A stretch of DNA of 64,000 nucleotides, taken from contig OZ024740.1 of the NCBI GenBank assembly GCA_964016885.1, forward strand, positions 103,230,001-103,294,000. The letters run 5' to 3'. Shown in pieces: positions 24,505 through 36,219 of the stretch. The stretch is from Eledone cirrhosa (Eukaryota). The notes under the pieces are model-generated. The model did not search any database, was not told where the DNA came from, and was given only the letters and a program-made list of their open reading frames with translations. Each line of letters starts with the position of its first letter. Positions within the stretch are counted from its first letter, which is position 1. The position numbers were made by a program, and so were the translations under genes.

Positions 24505-27290
24505 AATCTGCACACACTTTGCCCAAACACCTTGAACCCTCCGCTTCTGCCCCTTTCACTCCCTCATGTCCCTGCACTGTATTCACCATACTCCAGGACC
24601 TACCACTCTCCGAAGCTGAGCGCTCCCTCCTCGCCCGTGGTTTGCGTTTTATACCAACTACATCTACCTGCTACGAGTTCCGCACACCTGCCGAGATTGA
24701 AGGGTTCTTCCGTCGATTAAAGCTGAAGGCTTTTTTTCACGACACGCCATCATCGACATAGACGCATGACTTTACTCGTCTCAGTCGCCGGCAATCACAT
24801 TGGACGCCGAGCTCTGGCCAGTTCAGCACCCTCGACTCCTTTGTCGATACTTGCCGGCGTACTGTGAATCGGTTCCGTTTCCACCAGTATTCTCGTCGCT
24901 CTAGCATCACGCAGACTGAGCTCTTCGCAACCTTCGGCATCGTGATGACATTGTCATCAAACCCGCTGACAAAGGTGGCGCTGACCTCTATAGAGCTGAG
25001 GCTCTCCGCCAGCTTCACAATACCCCTTTTTACCGCCCTTTGTCCTCTGACCCCACTCCTGGCTACCAACAACTCGTGTCCTTCACCATCCACGAGCTCA
25101 TCTCCTCCTCTCACCTAACCCCACAGCCACCAACCTTATTGTATGCACCCCTTGCACACGCACCATCTACTTTCTCCCCAAAATACACAAACAAAATAAT
25201 CCTGGCCGTCCTAACGTTTTTGCATGCAACTGCCCCACCGAGATAATTTCTGAATATTTAGACACCATCCTCACCCCATTGATCAACAATCTCCCCTCCC
25301 ACATCCACGATACAAATCATGCCCTTAGACTCTTCAACTCTTTCTCCTTCCCTCCTGGTCCCTCCCGCCTTCTCTTTACCCTGGACATCACCTCTCTTTA
25401 TATCGTCATCTCTCATGATGACGGCCTCCGCGATCTCCAACATTTTTTAGATTTCTGCCCTACCCCTTACCCCAGCACTACCACTCTTCTTCGTCTGGCT
25501 GAGCTTGTTCTCACCCTCAATGGATTTTTTTTCGTTGAATTTTATCAACAGGTCTCTGGGGTAGCGATGGGAACTAGAATGGGTCCAAACTATGCCAACT
25601 TGTTTGTTGGCTACGTCGAAGCCCAGATCTTCTCCCAGTACGCTGGACCGACTCCTGAGCTATACGGTCATTATATCAACGCCACCTCTCTATCACAAGA
25701 ACAGCTCGACTGTTTTCTTTCTTTTGTCCAATCTTTCCATCCTGCTCTCAATTTCACCGTCTCCGATTCTTCTTTCGCTTTTCTAGATATCTCTCTATCT
25801 ATTAATCCCTCTCACCACACCCTTTCTACTTCCATCTTCATTAAACCAACAGACTCCCAATCTTACCTCAACTTCACCTCCTCCCATCCAACCCACACCA
25901 AACACTCCATACCCTATTCCCAATTCCTCCGTCTTATTCGACTCTGTAGCCAGGATGACGATTTCGAAACCCATTGCCTTTGCATGGCTTCCTGCTTCAT
26001 CCAGCGTGGATATCCCCCACCTTGATCCAAGCTGCTCTCACCCGCGCCCATGAAACAGACCGCACCACAGCCCTCTCACCTCACCCCCGCCCTCCCAACA
26101 CCTGTGTTCCTTTCCCTCTCACCTACCACCCCATCACCCTACCACCCCGGCGACATATCCTCCGTTCCTTCCATATCGTCACTTCACGCTTTTTTCCAAA
26201 CCCACCCATTACTGCTTTTAAGCGCACCCGCAACCTCCGCGACCTCCTGGTTCGCAGTTCCTTTTCGTCCTCTCCCACGACTCCACCAGGCTCTCATCCT
26301 TGTTCCTGTTTCCGCTGCAACACTTGTCCCTTTATTTCCACCCTCCCCACTCTTACAGGCCCTAACGGGTCTTTCCGTATCCACCATTCCTTCACCTGCA
26401 CATCTACACACGTTGTCTATGTCCTCCGGTGTTCCCTTTGCGGGTTTTTATATATCGGACAAACATGACGCCGTATGGCGGACTGTTTTGCCGAACATTT
26501 GAGGGTCATATGACTCGGTTTGGATACTCCTGTCGCCCGTCATTTCTGTTCTCCTGGTCATTCTTCCCTACATGTTTCAGTCCTGGGTGTCCTTTTACAT
26601 CATGGATCACAGGCCTCGCGCACCAGGACTGAACAAAGTCTGATTCACCGGTCCTATTCCCCTCTTGGACTCAATTCACCTCCCCAATTTCTCTAATACC
26701 CCGTCCATTATCACACCCCTAGATTCCTATCGCTTTCTCTTGATCATTAGCAGCTTCTCTTACAACTAATACATGCCGACTATATATGCTCACTCCACTT
26801 TTCCCTTCACTGCCCTGTATACACACATACACACCCTTATATTAACATACTTATGCTCTTAGTTTCGTACTTACATGCAGACACACTCTTTTACTCACAT
26901 ATACACACACTTTTCTTTCTTAGCTTTGTACAGACGTATAACACACACACACACACATAAACCCATGCTTACGCACATGCACAAGTATAGTTTTTTTCCA
27001 TTTCAGGTAGACGCGCTCCATCATCCACTTTTCTCAAAAATAAATCATACACAAAACGCCAGCACCAACAGTTTTGCAAGAGATGTCAACATGAATGGAC
27101 CTGTTATTTTTATCTAAAGATATTTTTTCCAAAACCCGTCCCTTCAAACTATCTTATTTCTCATTCTTTCTTCTGATGAAGAACTAGCATCCGAAATGTT
27201 AAGATCTCTTCTTGCTATATCAAGCGTTAACCTAATATATCCCTTCCATATACTGTACCAATTGTGTTGCTATTTCTGTTTACCTTTTAC
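24505..27290 (+). mobile_element. Penelope-like element (RT plus GIY-YIG), degenerate, with 3' pseudo-LTR region
   Basis: KPADKG, LPKIHK, LDITSLY, GVAMGTRMGPNYANLF, FLDI, SIPYSQFLR; GIY-YIG VVYVLRCSLCGFLYIGQT. Confidence 0.92.
27168..27204 (+). ncRNA. Degenerate minimal hammerhead at the Penelope 3' end
   Basis: TCTT-CTGATGA-AGAACTAGCATCC-GAAA-TGTT-AAGA; stem I TCTT/AAGA; mismatches in stems II and III. Confidence 0.65.
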
Positions 27291-27496
27291 ATATCATCAT
27301 CATCATCATCATCATCATCATTTTACGTCCACTTTTCCCTGCTTGCAAGGGTGGAACGGGAACTGATTCTGGCTTGATTTCTACAGCTGGATGCCTTTCC
27401 TAACACCAGCCTCATTTACAGTGAGTGCTAGGTCCTTTTTTTCTGTGGCACCTAAACGACCACTTTGCAGTGGAATGATATGGACCCCAGTCCCTA

Positions 27497-27636
27497 TCAT
27501 CTCATTTCTACAGCTGAGTAAACTGGAGCAATGTGAAATAAAGTGTCTTGCTCAAGGAAACAACACATCACCTGGTCTGAGAATTGAACTCACAACCTTT
27601 CGATTGCAAGGCCAATGCTCTAACCACTAAGCCTCC
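27497..27636 (-). mobile_element. tRNA-derived SINE 5' part (second family)
   Basis: Minus strand ggcttagtggttagagc A box, gagttcaattc B box, then ccttgagcaagacactt. Confidence 0.7.
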
Positions 27637-27703
27637 ATATATATATATATATAACCACTAAGCCTCCATATATATATATATATATTTACATATATATATG
27701 TAT

Positions 27704-28965
27704 GTATATTAACCTGTCTAAGACTAAAGTTCTAGTTTCTAGGAAGGAAAATAGAGCACCGGTCCCATCTGGGAAATGGCCATGCTCAGTGTGTAGGAAA
27801 GGAGTAGGTAGAAATTCCATTTTATGTCCCAAATGCAAAGTATGGGTGCATAAAAGATGTAGTGGGATCACAGGTAAGCTAACTAAGAACATAGATTTTA
27901 TATGTGGCCGGTGCTCTGGTGCAATAAGTAGCAGCAAGTGCCCACAGAATACTAGCTCATTCCATTGTACAGATGGTTCTATAGAAATAGTGGACAGCTT
28001 CCGTTACCTGGGTGACAAAATCAGCAGTGGGGGAGGGTGCTCTGAAAGTACAGTAGCTAGAGTCAGAACTGGATGGAAAAAGTTCACAGAGCTTATACCA
28101 CTATTAGCCGCTAAAGGGTTCTCTCTAAAAATGAAAGGCAGGCTGTATGATGCCTGCATACGAACAGCAATGTTACATGGCAGTGAGACCTGGGCATTGT
28201 GTGCAGAGGATATACGCAGACTGGAGAGGAACGAAGCTTGCATGCTCCGTTGGATGTGTAATAGTAATATACGTGAACGGCAAAGCATAAACGAACTAAG
28301 GGAAAAATTAGAAATAAGAGGGATCAGATGTTGTTTACTCGAGAGAAGACTACGTTGGTATGGTCACGTGATGCGCATGAAAGACGACAGCTGTATAAAA
28401 AAGTGCAGGGCAATAAAAATAGACGGTAGCCACGGAGTAGGCAGACCCAGAAAAACCTGGGACGACTTGATAAATTCCGACCTCACACACTTACACCTCT
28501 CCAAGACAATGTCACTGGACCGAGATCTTTGGCGCTACACAGTAATACAGAAGACCCGCCTTACCTAAGTACAAAGTGAAACCTACTACAGTCAGTAGGC
28601 ACCTCTAACAAATTACACCTCCGTCCCACTACCCCCACCCCATCCACACCACCCCTTTCAATGTAAAGTTATGTTGGTACCACAACATCCAGTCCAAAAC
28701 AAATGAGGTCATGTAGGTGTCACGACAAAAAAACACACAGTCCACGCTGTAATGTGGCCGTGTAGGCAACACGGTAAAAACCTCCCAGTCCCACACTGTA
28801 AATGTGGTTGGTGTTAGGAAGGGCATCCAACTGTATAAAACACGCCAGACAGTCCTATGCGAGCAAGACAACCACTCTTGCCTCAAGTGGGAAAACTCCC
28901 GTCCAAACCCATGCAAGCATGGAATATGGACGTTAAACAATGATGATGATGATGATGATGATGAT
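27704..28965 (+). mobile_element. Young 5'-truncated RTE LINE
   Basis: Uninterrupted 288-aa ORF (zinc finger, FRYLG, HGSETW), 3' UTR, (GAT)n tail. Confidence 0.93.
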
Positions 28966-29330
28966 ATATATATATATACATATATATCTGTGTGTGTAAT
29001 GCGCACGGATGATGATTGCTGGGTGAAGAAGTGGCCGAAACAGTTGCTTGTGTGTGGGAAGGGGGGTTCTTCTCTGAAAACATTCTGGTGTCCTGCTCTC
29101 CTAAGAGTTTCTTAACACTGGTATACTTCAGCTATGGTTCCCAGCAGCAGTTTTAACCCTTTAACATTTAGATTACTCTATATTTACTATTGTATTTTCG
29201 TGATAAAGGCTTTACCTCACATAATTATCTCACATAATACTGAATCTACGGAGGTTGTGATATCCTTGATGCAACTGAAGAGTCCTCTAGATAAAAGCTG
29301 GAAAAAATAAGAATGAAACATATTTCTGAC

Positions 29331-29456
29331 CTGCTCTAATATCAGCTCAGTTTTCACAGGTGGGGTCTCCATATGTACAAGGTATTCCATGTACCTTCGC
29401 ATCTCAACTAAAGCAGGCATTTGGTCCAACAACACTTCTGTAAGGTAAGACTGCAG
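29331..29456 (-). CDS. ZMYND10: ZMYND10 exon
   Basis: ttcag acceptor and gtcaga donor; LQSYLTEVLLDQMPALVEMRRYMEYLVHMETPPVKTELILEQ (126 nt). Confidence 0.93.
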
Positions 29457-29493
29457 CTGAAGTACAAACAATATAAAGAGAATCAGTAGCAAT

Positions 29494-29760
29494 ATGTGTG
29501 TGTCTGTGTCTGGGCCTGTGTGTTTGTGTATGTGTGTGTCTGTAAACCTGTGTGTCACTGTATATGTATGTGTATTTTTGTGTCTGTGGGCCTGTGTGTC
29601 ACTGTGTGTTTGTGTGTGTTTGTGTCATGTGTGTGTATGTGTGTCTGTGGACTTGTGTATCACTGTGTATGTGTGTGTGTCTGTGGGCCTGTGTGTCACT
29701 ATGTGTGTGTGTGTATATTTGTGGGCCTGTGTGTCACGGTTTATGTGTGTGTGCTTGTTT
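29494..29760. repeat. TG-rich minisatellite
   Basis: Repeated tgtctgtgggcctgtgtgtcactgt units. Confidence 0.85.
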
Positions 29761-30576
29761 GTAAGACATATAAACACAATACAGGCAGGTTTATCATTAT
29801 TATTACTATCATCATCATCATCATTTCTTCAGTGGATGGTAGAATCAGTAGATCATGGGACAAAATGATTTAGTTATGCACCTTAACATTCTGAATTCAA
29901 ATCTCACCAAGGTTGGCTTAGCTTTTCATCCTTCTGAGTCAATAAAAAAGTACCACTTCACACACATGTGCATGCACACACAAACACATACACACACAGA
30001 CACATGCATGCACACACACACATGTATGTACTCTCACATACACATACGTACATGCACACATACATGTCCATACACATACATGCACATGTACCTTGGAGTT
30101 TTTCCTCTGTATTTACACAGTCATCAGATAAGAGTCTGGTATATTGACCCTGTGAGTACAATGGCAAAACTCCAGAGTAACAAGACTCAAACTTGGTCTT
30201 AATAGAGAATATAGACACCACTGTCTCTTTTTTCCATCTCCTGTGGTACTTTACGCAATTTTCTCAATTATTATTGATAGCAGATTGGCTGTATCAGTAG
30301 ATACAGAAATTGTTGGCCTTGCGCCTAAATTGAAAATTATTATTTAGAGTGGCGCTTTATTATTTGTTTTGCAAGGGTTTTTGATAGGAAATTTTGTGTT
30401 GAAACAGATATTGTTATATTTGAGGAGGGTCATGCTGTCCTAATATGGCAATATTAGGACAACATGACCCTCCACAAATATAACATTATTTATAGTGATC
30501 AACTATTATTATGGTCACTTGCACTGGGAGGCAAACATTTCAAATATATATATATATCATCATCATCATCGTTTTT

Positions 30577-31577
30577 CTAGCTCTTTCAATTGCGCAGAGG
30601 GTTCTATAGAAATAGTGGACAGCTTCCGTTACCTGGGTGACAAAATCAGCAGTGAGGGAGGGTGCTCTGAAAGTACAGTAGCTAGAGTCAGAACTGGATG
30701 GAAAAAGTTCAGAGAGCTTATACCACTATTAGCCGCTAAAGGGTTCTCCCTAAAAATGAAAGGCAGGTTGTATGATGCCTGCATACGAACAGCAATGTTG
30801 CATGGCAGTGAGACCTGGGCATTGTGTGCAGAGGATATACACAGACTAGAGAGGAACGAAGCTTGCATGCTCCGCTGGATGTGTAATAGTAATATACGTG
30901 AACGGCAAAGCATAAACGAACTAAGGAAAAAATTAGAAATAAGAGGGATCAGATGTTGTTTACTCGAGAGAAGGCTACGTTGGTATGGTCACGTGATGCG
31001 CATGAAAGACGACAGCTGTATAACAAAGTGCAGGGCAATAAAGATAGATGGTAGCCACAGAGTAGGCAGACCCAAGAAAACCTGGGACGAGCTGATAAAT
31101 TCCGACCTCACACACTTACACCTCTCCAAGACAATGTCACTGGACCGAGACCTTTGGTGGTACTCAGTAACAGAGAAGACCCGCCTTACCTAAATACAAA
31201 GTAAAACCTACTACAGTCAGTAGGCATCTCTAACAAAATACACCCCCGTCCCACCACCCCCACCCCATCCACACCGCCCCCTTCAATGCAAAGTTATGTT
31301 GGTGCCACAACATCCAGGCCAAAACAAATGAGTAGGTGTCACGACAAAAAACACACAGTCCACGCTGTAATGTGGCCGTGTAGGCAACACGGTAAAAACC
31401 TCCCAGTCCCACACTGTAAATGTGGTTGGTGTTAGGAAGGGCATCCAGCTGTAGAAAACCCGCCAGACAGTCCTATGCGAGCAAGACAACCACTCTTGCC
31501 TCAAGTGGGAAAACCCCCGTCCAAACCCATGCAAGCATGGAACAGGGACGTTAAACGATGATGATGATGATGATGAT
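30577..31577 (+). mobile_element. Young 5'-truncated RTE LINE
   Basis: Open ORF SSFNCAEGSIEIVDSFRYLG...KTRLT*; (GAT)n tail. Confidence 0.93.
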
Positions 31578-31822
31578 TTTCCATGCTGGTATGGTTTGAA
31601 ACAATGTTTAACAGCCAGATGCCATTCCTGATATCAACCCTTTTAGTTACCTCTTATGACATGCAGGGATACTGTGTACCTATTCTAAAAACTCGAATAC
31701 ACACAGCAATATATATGTGTGCGCATGTGCTTGCATGTATGTGTGAGAGTATGTATATAATAGGTTAGCTTTTTCCTTTAAAATAAAAATTTAAAAATAG
31801 ACAAATACACAACATTTCTTAC

Positions 31823-31912
31823 CTTCATCAAGATGTTTTTCCGATATGAAGTCATTTCATACTTTTTCTGACAACTATTTTTCATGATGACATTGAAGAG
31901 AGCTATCCAAAC
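31823..31912 (-). CDS. ZMYND10: ZMYND10 exon
   Basis: ctag acceptor and gtaaga donor; VWIALFNVIMKNSCQKKYEMTSYRKNILMK (90 nt). Confidence 0.93.
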
Positions 31913-32169
31913 CTAGTGGTCAGAAAAATAACCAAACATCAATTGATTTAATTCCACACCTGTGGAAACTAATAATTATCTTAACTATCTTAGTTGATGC
32001 TAGCTACCACCCACAGGGAAAAAAACATAAACATCATAGCTTCCTATTTTTCATCCTCTTATTCTCAGGTTTCAGGTAAACACTTTCATAGCCAGATTTC
32101 TCATGAAATATGTTGAATGTGTTTCAATTAATTTTGAGGGTTTTAATAAAATAATTTTTTTATGAAAAA

Positions 32170-32622
32170 TGGGGTTCCTCCAAATGGTCTTTGGATAATG
32201 CTACTTGATAGAGCACATAGCTCAGAGATCAGATAATGCTACTTGATAGAGTACATAGCTCAGAGATCAGAGAGCTTCTCCTGGTAGAGATGCTACTTCT
32301 CCAAATTGAGAGATCACAGCTCTGATATTACAGATATTTGGTTATAATGTCTCAGGAAAGAATCACTGGACAGATTTCATGGGAAAAACCAACTGGTAGG
32401 AGACCCAGGGGTAGGCCCTCCAAGCAAGATAGTTGGATAACATCCATGAGTTCAGTTGGTCTTGCTTGGGGATCCAGCCGAATTAGTTGGAAACGGTTGC
32501 TTCTGACAGGACTCTCAAGAAGAAGAAGAAGAAGAAGAAGGAGGAGGAGAAGAAGAAGGAGAAGAAGAAGAAGAAGAAGAAGAAGAAGAAGAAGAAGAAG
32601 AAGAAGAAGAAGAAGAAGAAGA
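32170..32622 (+). mobile_element. LINE 3' remnant ending in a long (GAA)n microsatellite (32517-32622)
   Basis: PTGRRPRGRP...W motif typical of RTE C-termini; 38-bp tandem duplication at ~32195-32270. Confidence 0.6.
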
Positions 32623-32801
32623 ATGCTTCCCTACAACCCTGAGCACCTTTTTGAAATCCATGTGTCTAACACCTGTGGACATGCTTACAAAATCAGAAAA
32701 CAGTACAGCTCCCATGACTTTCGGAAACTTTTCATGGAACAAACTACCAGCATCACTTGTTAGTTATCAGGACACTGCATTCTTCAAAACTTCCATGCTT
32801 T

Positions 32802-32995
32802 GTCGGTGAATTGGCAGTATCGGTAAAGGGACGGGCGCCATGGTTTGCAGCATAGAGTTACGGCCCTTTACGTTCTGAGTTCAAATCCCGCCGAGGTTAA
32901 CTGCCTTTCATCCTGACAGGGTCAATAGAATAAAGTACCAGTAATGCACTGAGGTAATTGCTGGCCTTGTGCCAAAAGTAGAAACAATTATTATT
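32802..32995 (+). mobile_element. tRNA-derived SINE
   Basis: Full-length family copy with ATT tail. Confidence 0.88.
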
Positions 32996-33411
32996 ATCAT
33001 TGTTTTTATTGTGCATCATTACTGCTTTACCGAGCACAGCTCTGTGCGCATTGGTTATGAGCAATGTAGTTTTTGCTGATGTTGTTTCTATTGTATTGAT
33101 AGTACTTTTTGTAATATGTGTGCAGTGGCTTATAGTGCTATCTTTTGTATGCTGTATATATTGGTAAGTCCTGGGGTTTGGGCTATGTATTTGTCTGTGT
33201 GTTTTTTTTATCATTCCTAAAGCATCTATTATTATAGATATTGTTTCTGTTTTCAGTTGCCACATTCAAGTTATTTCTATCTCTAGATCTTTATATTTGG
33301 AGAGTTTCTCTATTTCCTTGGAAAATATACTGTCATCTGTGGGGATAGATACATCTATTAGAAGGCATTTTCTTTCTTTCTGGTCTTTGACTATAATATC
33401 TGGTCAGTTGG
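32996..33411 (-). mobile_element. R4/Dong-like 3' fragment
   Basis: PDIIVKD...LLIDVSIP...EKLSKYKDL...ALGMIKK. Confidence 0.85.
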
Positions 33412-34155
33412 CCTTCCCAGTGTCCACATACTCCTTCTGCAACACTAATATCAAGACGTCTTCTTGTTTAAAATTGTCTAGAAGCCCAAGGGTATCTTAG
33501 CATCGCTCAGTAAGACTTTTGTTAGCTGTTCTCCAGCTATATATTTAAAACTGTATATAACTATGGTAGGTTTACACTTAGAATATGCATCAACAGTCTG
33601 GAACCCCTATCTTGCTCAGAACATTGACCTCCTGGAAACTGTTCAGAGATGTGCAACCAAGCGAATATGCTACAACAGGCATCTACCATACTCTGAACAT
33701 CTACCTTCCCTGTGCATGGATAGATTGAAGCTCCGACGTCTGATAACTGACTTGGTAAACACCCACAAAATTATTAACCATCTTGCCAACAACAACCCTG
33801 AGCACCTTTTTGAATTCCATGTGTCTAATATACGTGGGCATGCCTACAAAGTCAAAAGACAGCACAGCTCCCATGACTTTCGGAAACATTTTTTCATGCT
33901 CAGACTTGCTGAAGCATGGAACAAACTACCTGCATCAGTTGTTAGCTGCCGAGATACTGCATCCTTTAAAACTTCCATGCTTCTTGAAATTCGCCAACAC
34001 TACACCTGATATCCCCCCTCCATACACATGTATATCATGACTCATTCACTGTTCACTTTCCTGACATTTGTACATTACTCTATGTACTATACATGCACCT
34101 TTGATGAGTCGTAGTGACCTGAGCACTGTACACAATAATTTCATTATTATTATTT
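33412..34155 (+). mobile_element. CR1-clade LINE 3' fragment (shorter copies at ~32622-32800 and ~34925-35085)
   Basis: HLEYASTVWNPY...LETVQRCATK...RGHAYKV...RKHFF...AWNKLP; ATT tail. Confidence 0.85.
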
Positions 34156-34157
34156 TA

Positions 34158-34348
34158 TCGGTGGATTGGCAGTATCGGTAGAGGGTCGGACGCCATGCTT
34201 TGCAGCAAAGAGTTACGGCCCTTTGTGGTCTGAGTTCAAATCTCGCCGAGGTTAACTTTGCCTTTCATCCTTACAGGGTCGATAAAATAAAGTACCAGTA
34301 ATACACTGAGATAATTGCTGGCCTTGTGCCAAAAGTAGAAACAATTAT
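34158..34348 (+). mobile_element. tRNA-derived SINE
   Basis: Full-length family copy placed at the CR1 ATT tail. Confidence 0.88.
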
Positions 34349-35231
34349 TTTATCATATCTCTGTCATAGTCCACGCTGTAATGTGGCCGTGTAGGCAACA
34401 TGGTAAAAAGTTTCCAGTTCCACACTGTAAATGTGGTTGGTGTTAGGAAGGGCATCCAGCCGTAGAAAACCTACCAGATAGTCTCCTATATGAGCGAGAC
34501 ATGGTCACCCGACCAGCCTTGCCTCAAGTGTGACAACTCCCGTCTAACCCATGCTAGCGTGGAAAATGGACATTAAACGAAGATGATGATGATGATGTCT
34601 GTATGTATTGGCATACTCAGAGAAGGGTTGCTTTGTCATTCTCTGACACTTTTTCTGGTGTGTGTTTGTACCATCTTTTTTCTGTTGGTATTTCATAATG
34701 CTGGCATAATTTCCAGTGTAATTAATTGTTCTTACTATCCACCATTATATCCAGGTTATTAAACTGCTAACAACTGTACACTGAGTTCACCATTTTAATG
34801 TTCGTATTAACCAACATTTGTTCACTGAGTTACATGCCTTAGCTCTGAACTAACATCTTGTACATTGGGTTAACCATTCTAGCAAAGATTTTAACCAAAC
34901 TTAAGCCTGTTAACTACACTCACCAACACTACACCTAATATTCCCCCTCCATACACACACATGTATATCATGACTCATACACTATTCACTTCCCTGACAT
35001 TTGTATATTATTCTATATACTATACATGCACCTTTGATGAGTTGTAGTGCACCTGATCACTGTACACAATAATTTCATTATTTCATTAATCTCGGTCAGT
35101 AAAGATATAATTCATAATTGTTTCTACTTTAGGCACAAGGCCAGCAATTACTCAGTACATTACTGGTACTTTATTTTATCGACCCCGTAAGGATGAAAGG
35201 CAAAGTTAACCTCGGTGGGATTTGAATACTA

Positions 35232-36219
35232 GAGGGTGTTATACCAAAGGATTGGTGCATCATCATCATCATCATTGTCAACTGCTACAAGGGTAAAGAT
35301 GATGCACTAGATAGAGGAAAGTATAGAGGTATAAAGCTGATGGACCAGATCATGAAAGTAATAGAAAGTGTACAGTTGATTAGGGATCGGGTAAAACTAG
35401 ATGAGATGCAATTTGGTTTGTCCCAGGAAAAAGCACCACTGATGCCCTCTTTCTTGTGAGGCAGTTACAGGAAAAGTGCCTAGCTAAAAGTAAGCCGCTC
35501 TACCTGGCATTTGTCGATCTGGAAAAAGCCTTCGACAGAGTGCGCCGTGACATAATCTGGTGGGCTCTTAGAAAACTAGGAGTAGATGAATAGCTTGTGA
35601 AAGCTGTACAAGCCATGTATAGGGGAGCAGTCAGTAAAGTTAGGGTTAGCAATGACTATAGTAAGGAGTTTAGCATACAGGTCGGTGTCCACCAGGGCTC
35701 TGTTCTTAGCCCTCTCCTGTTCATTATAGTATTGCAGACAATAACAGAGGAGTTTAAGACTGGATGTCCATGGGAACTCCTATATGCAGATGATCTTACA
35801 CTTATAGCTGAATCTATGGTGGAACTAGAGAAGAAATTCCAAACATGGAAGCAGGGACTACAAAGAAAGGGTCTCAAAGTCAACCTGACAAAGACTAAGG
35901 TCTTCGTAAGTAGATGAGAAAACAGAACCCAGATCCCCTCAGGGAAATGGCCTTGCTCAGTATGTAAGGTGTAGGTAGGAACTCCATCCTCTGCCCCAAA
36001 TGCAAACAATGGGTACACAAGTGATGTAGGGGGAAGCAAGCAACAAACAGCTACAGGAACAGCACCGGGACAGCAAGCAACAAACAGCTACAGGAAACAA
36101 GCTCCATCAAACTCTGGGAGGGCTCTGTAGAAACAGTAGACAGTTTTTGCTACCTAAGTGACCGAACTAACAGTGGAGGTGGGTGTTCAGAAAGTACAAC
36201 AACCAAGGTAAGAACGGAA
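35232..36219 (+). mobile_element. RTE LINE RT fragment interrupted by Gypsy
   Basis: VDLEKAFD, HQGSVLSP, LLYADDL; degenerate. Confidence 0.88.

Noticed and set aside
32338-32763. Poly-Arg protamine-like ORF
   Set aside because: (GAA)n microsatellite joining two LINE remnants
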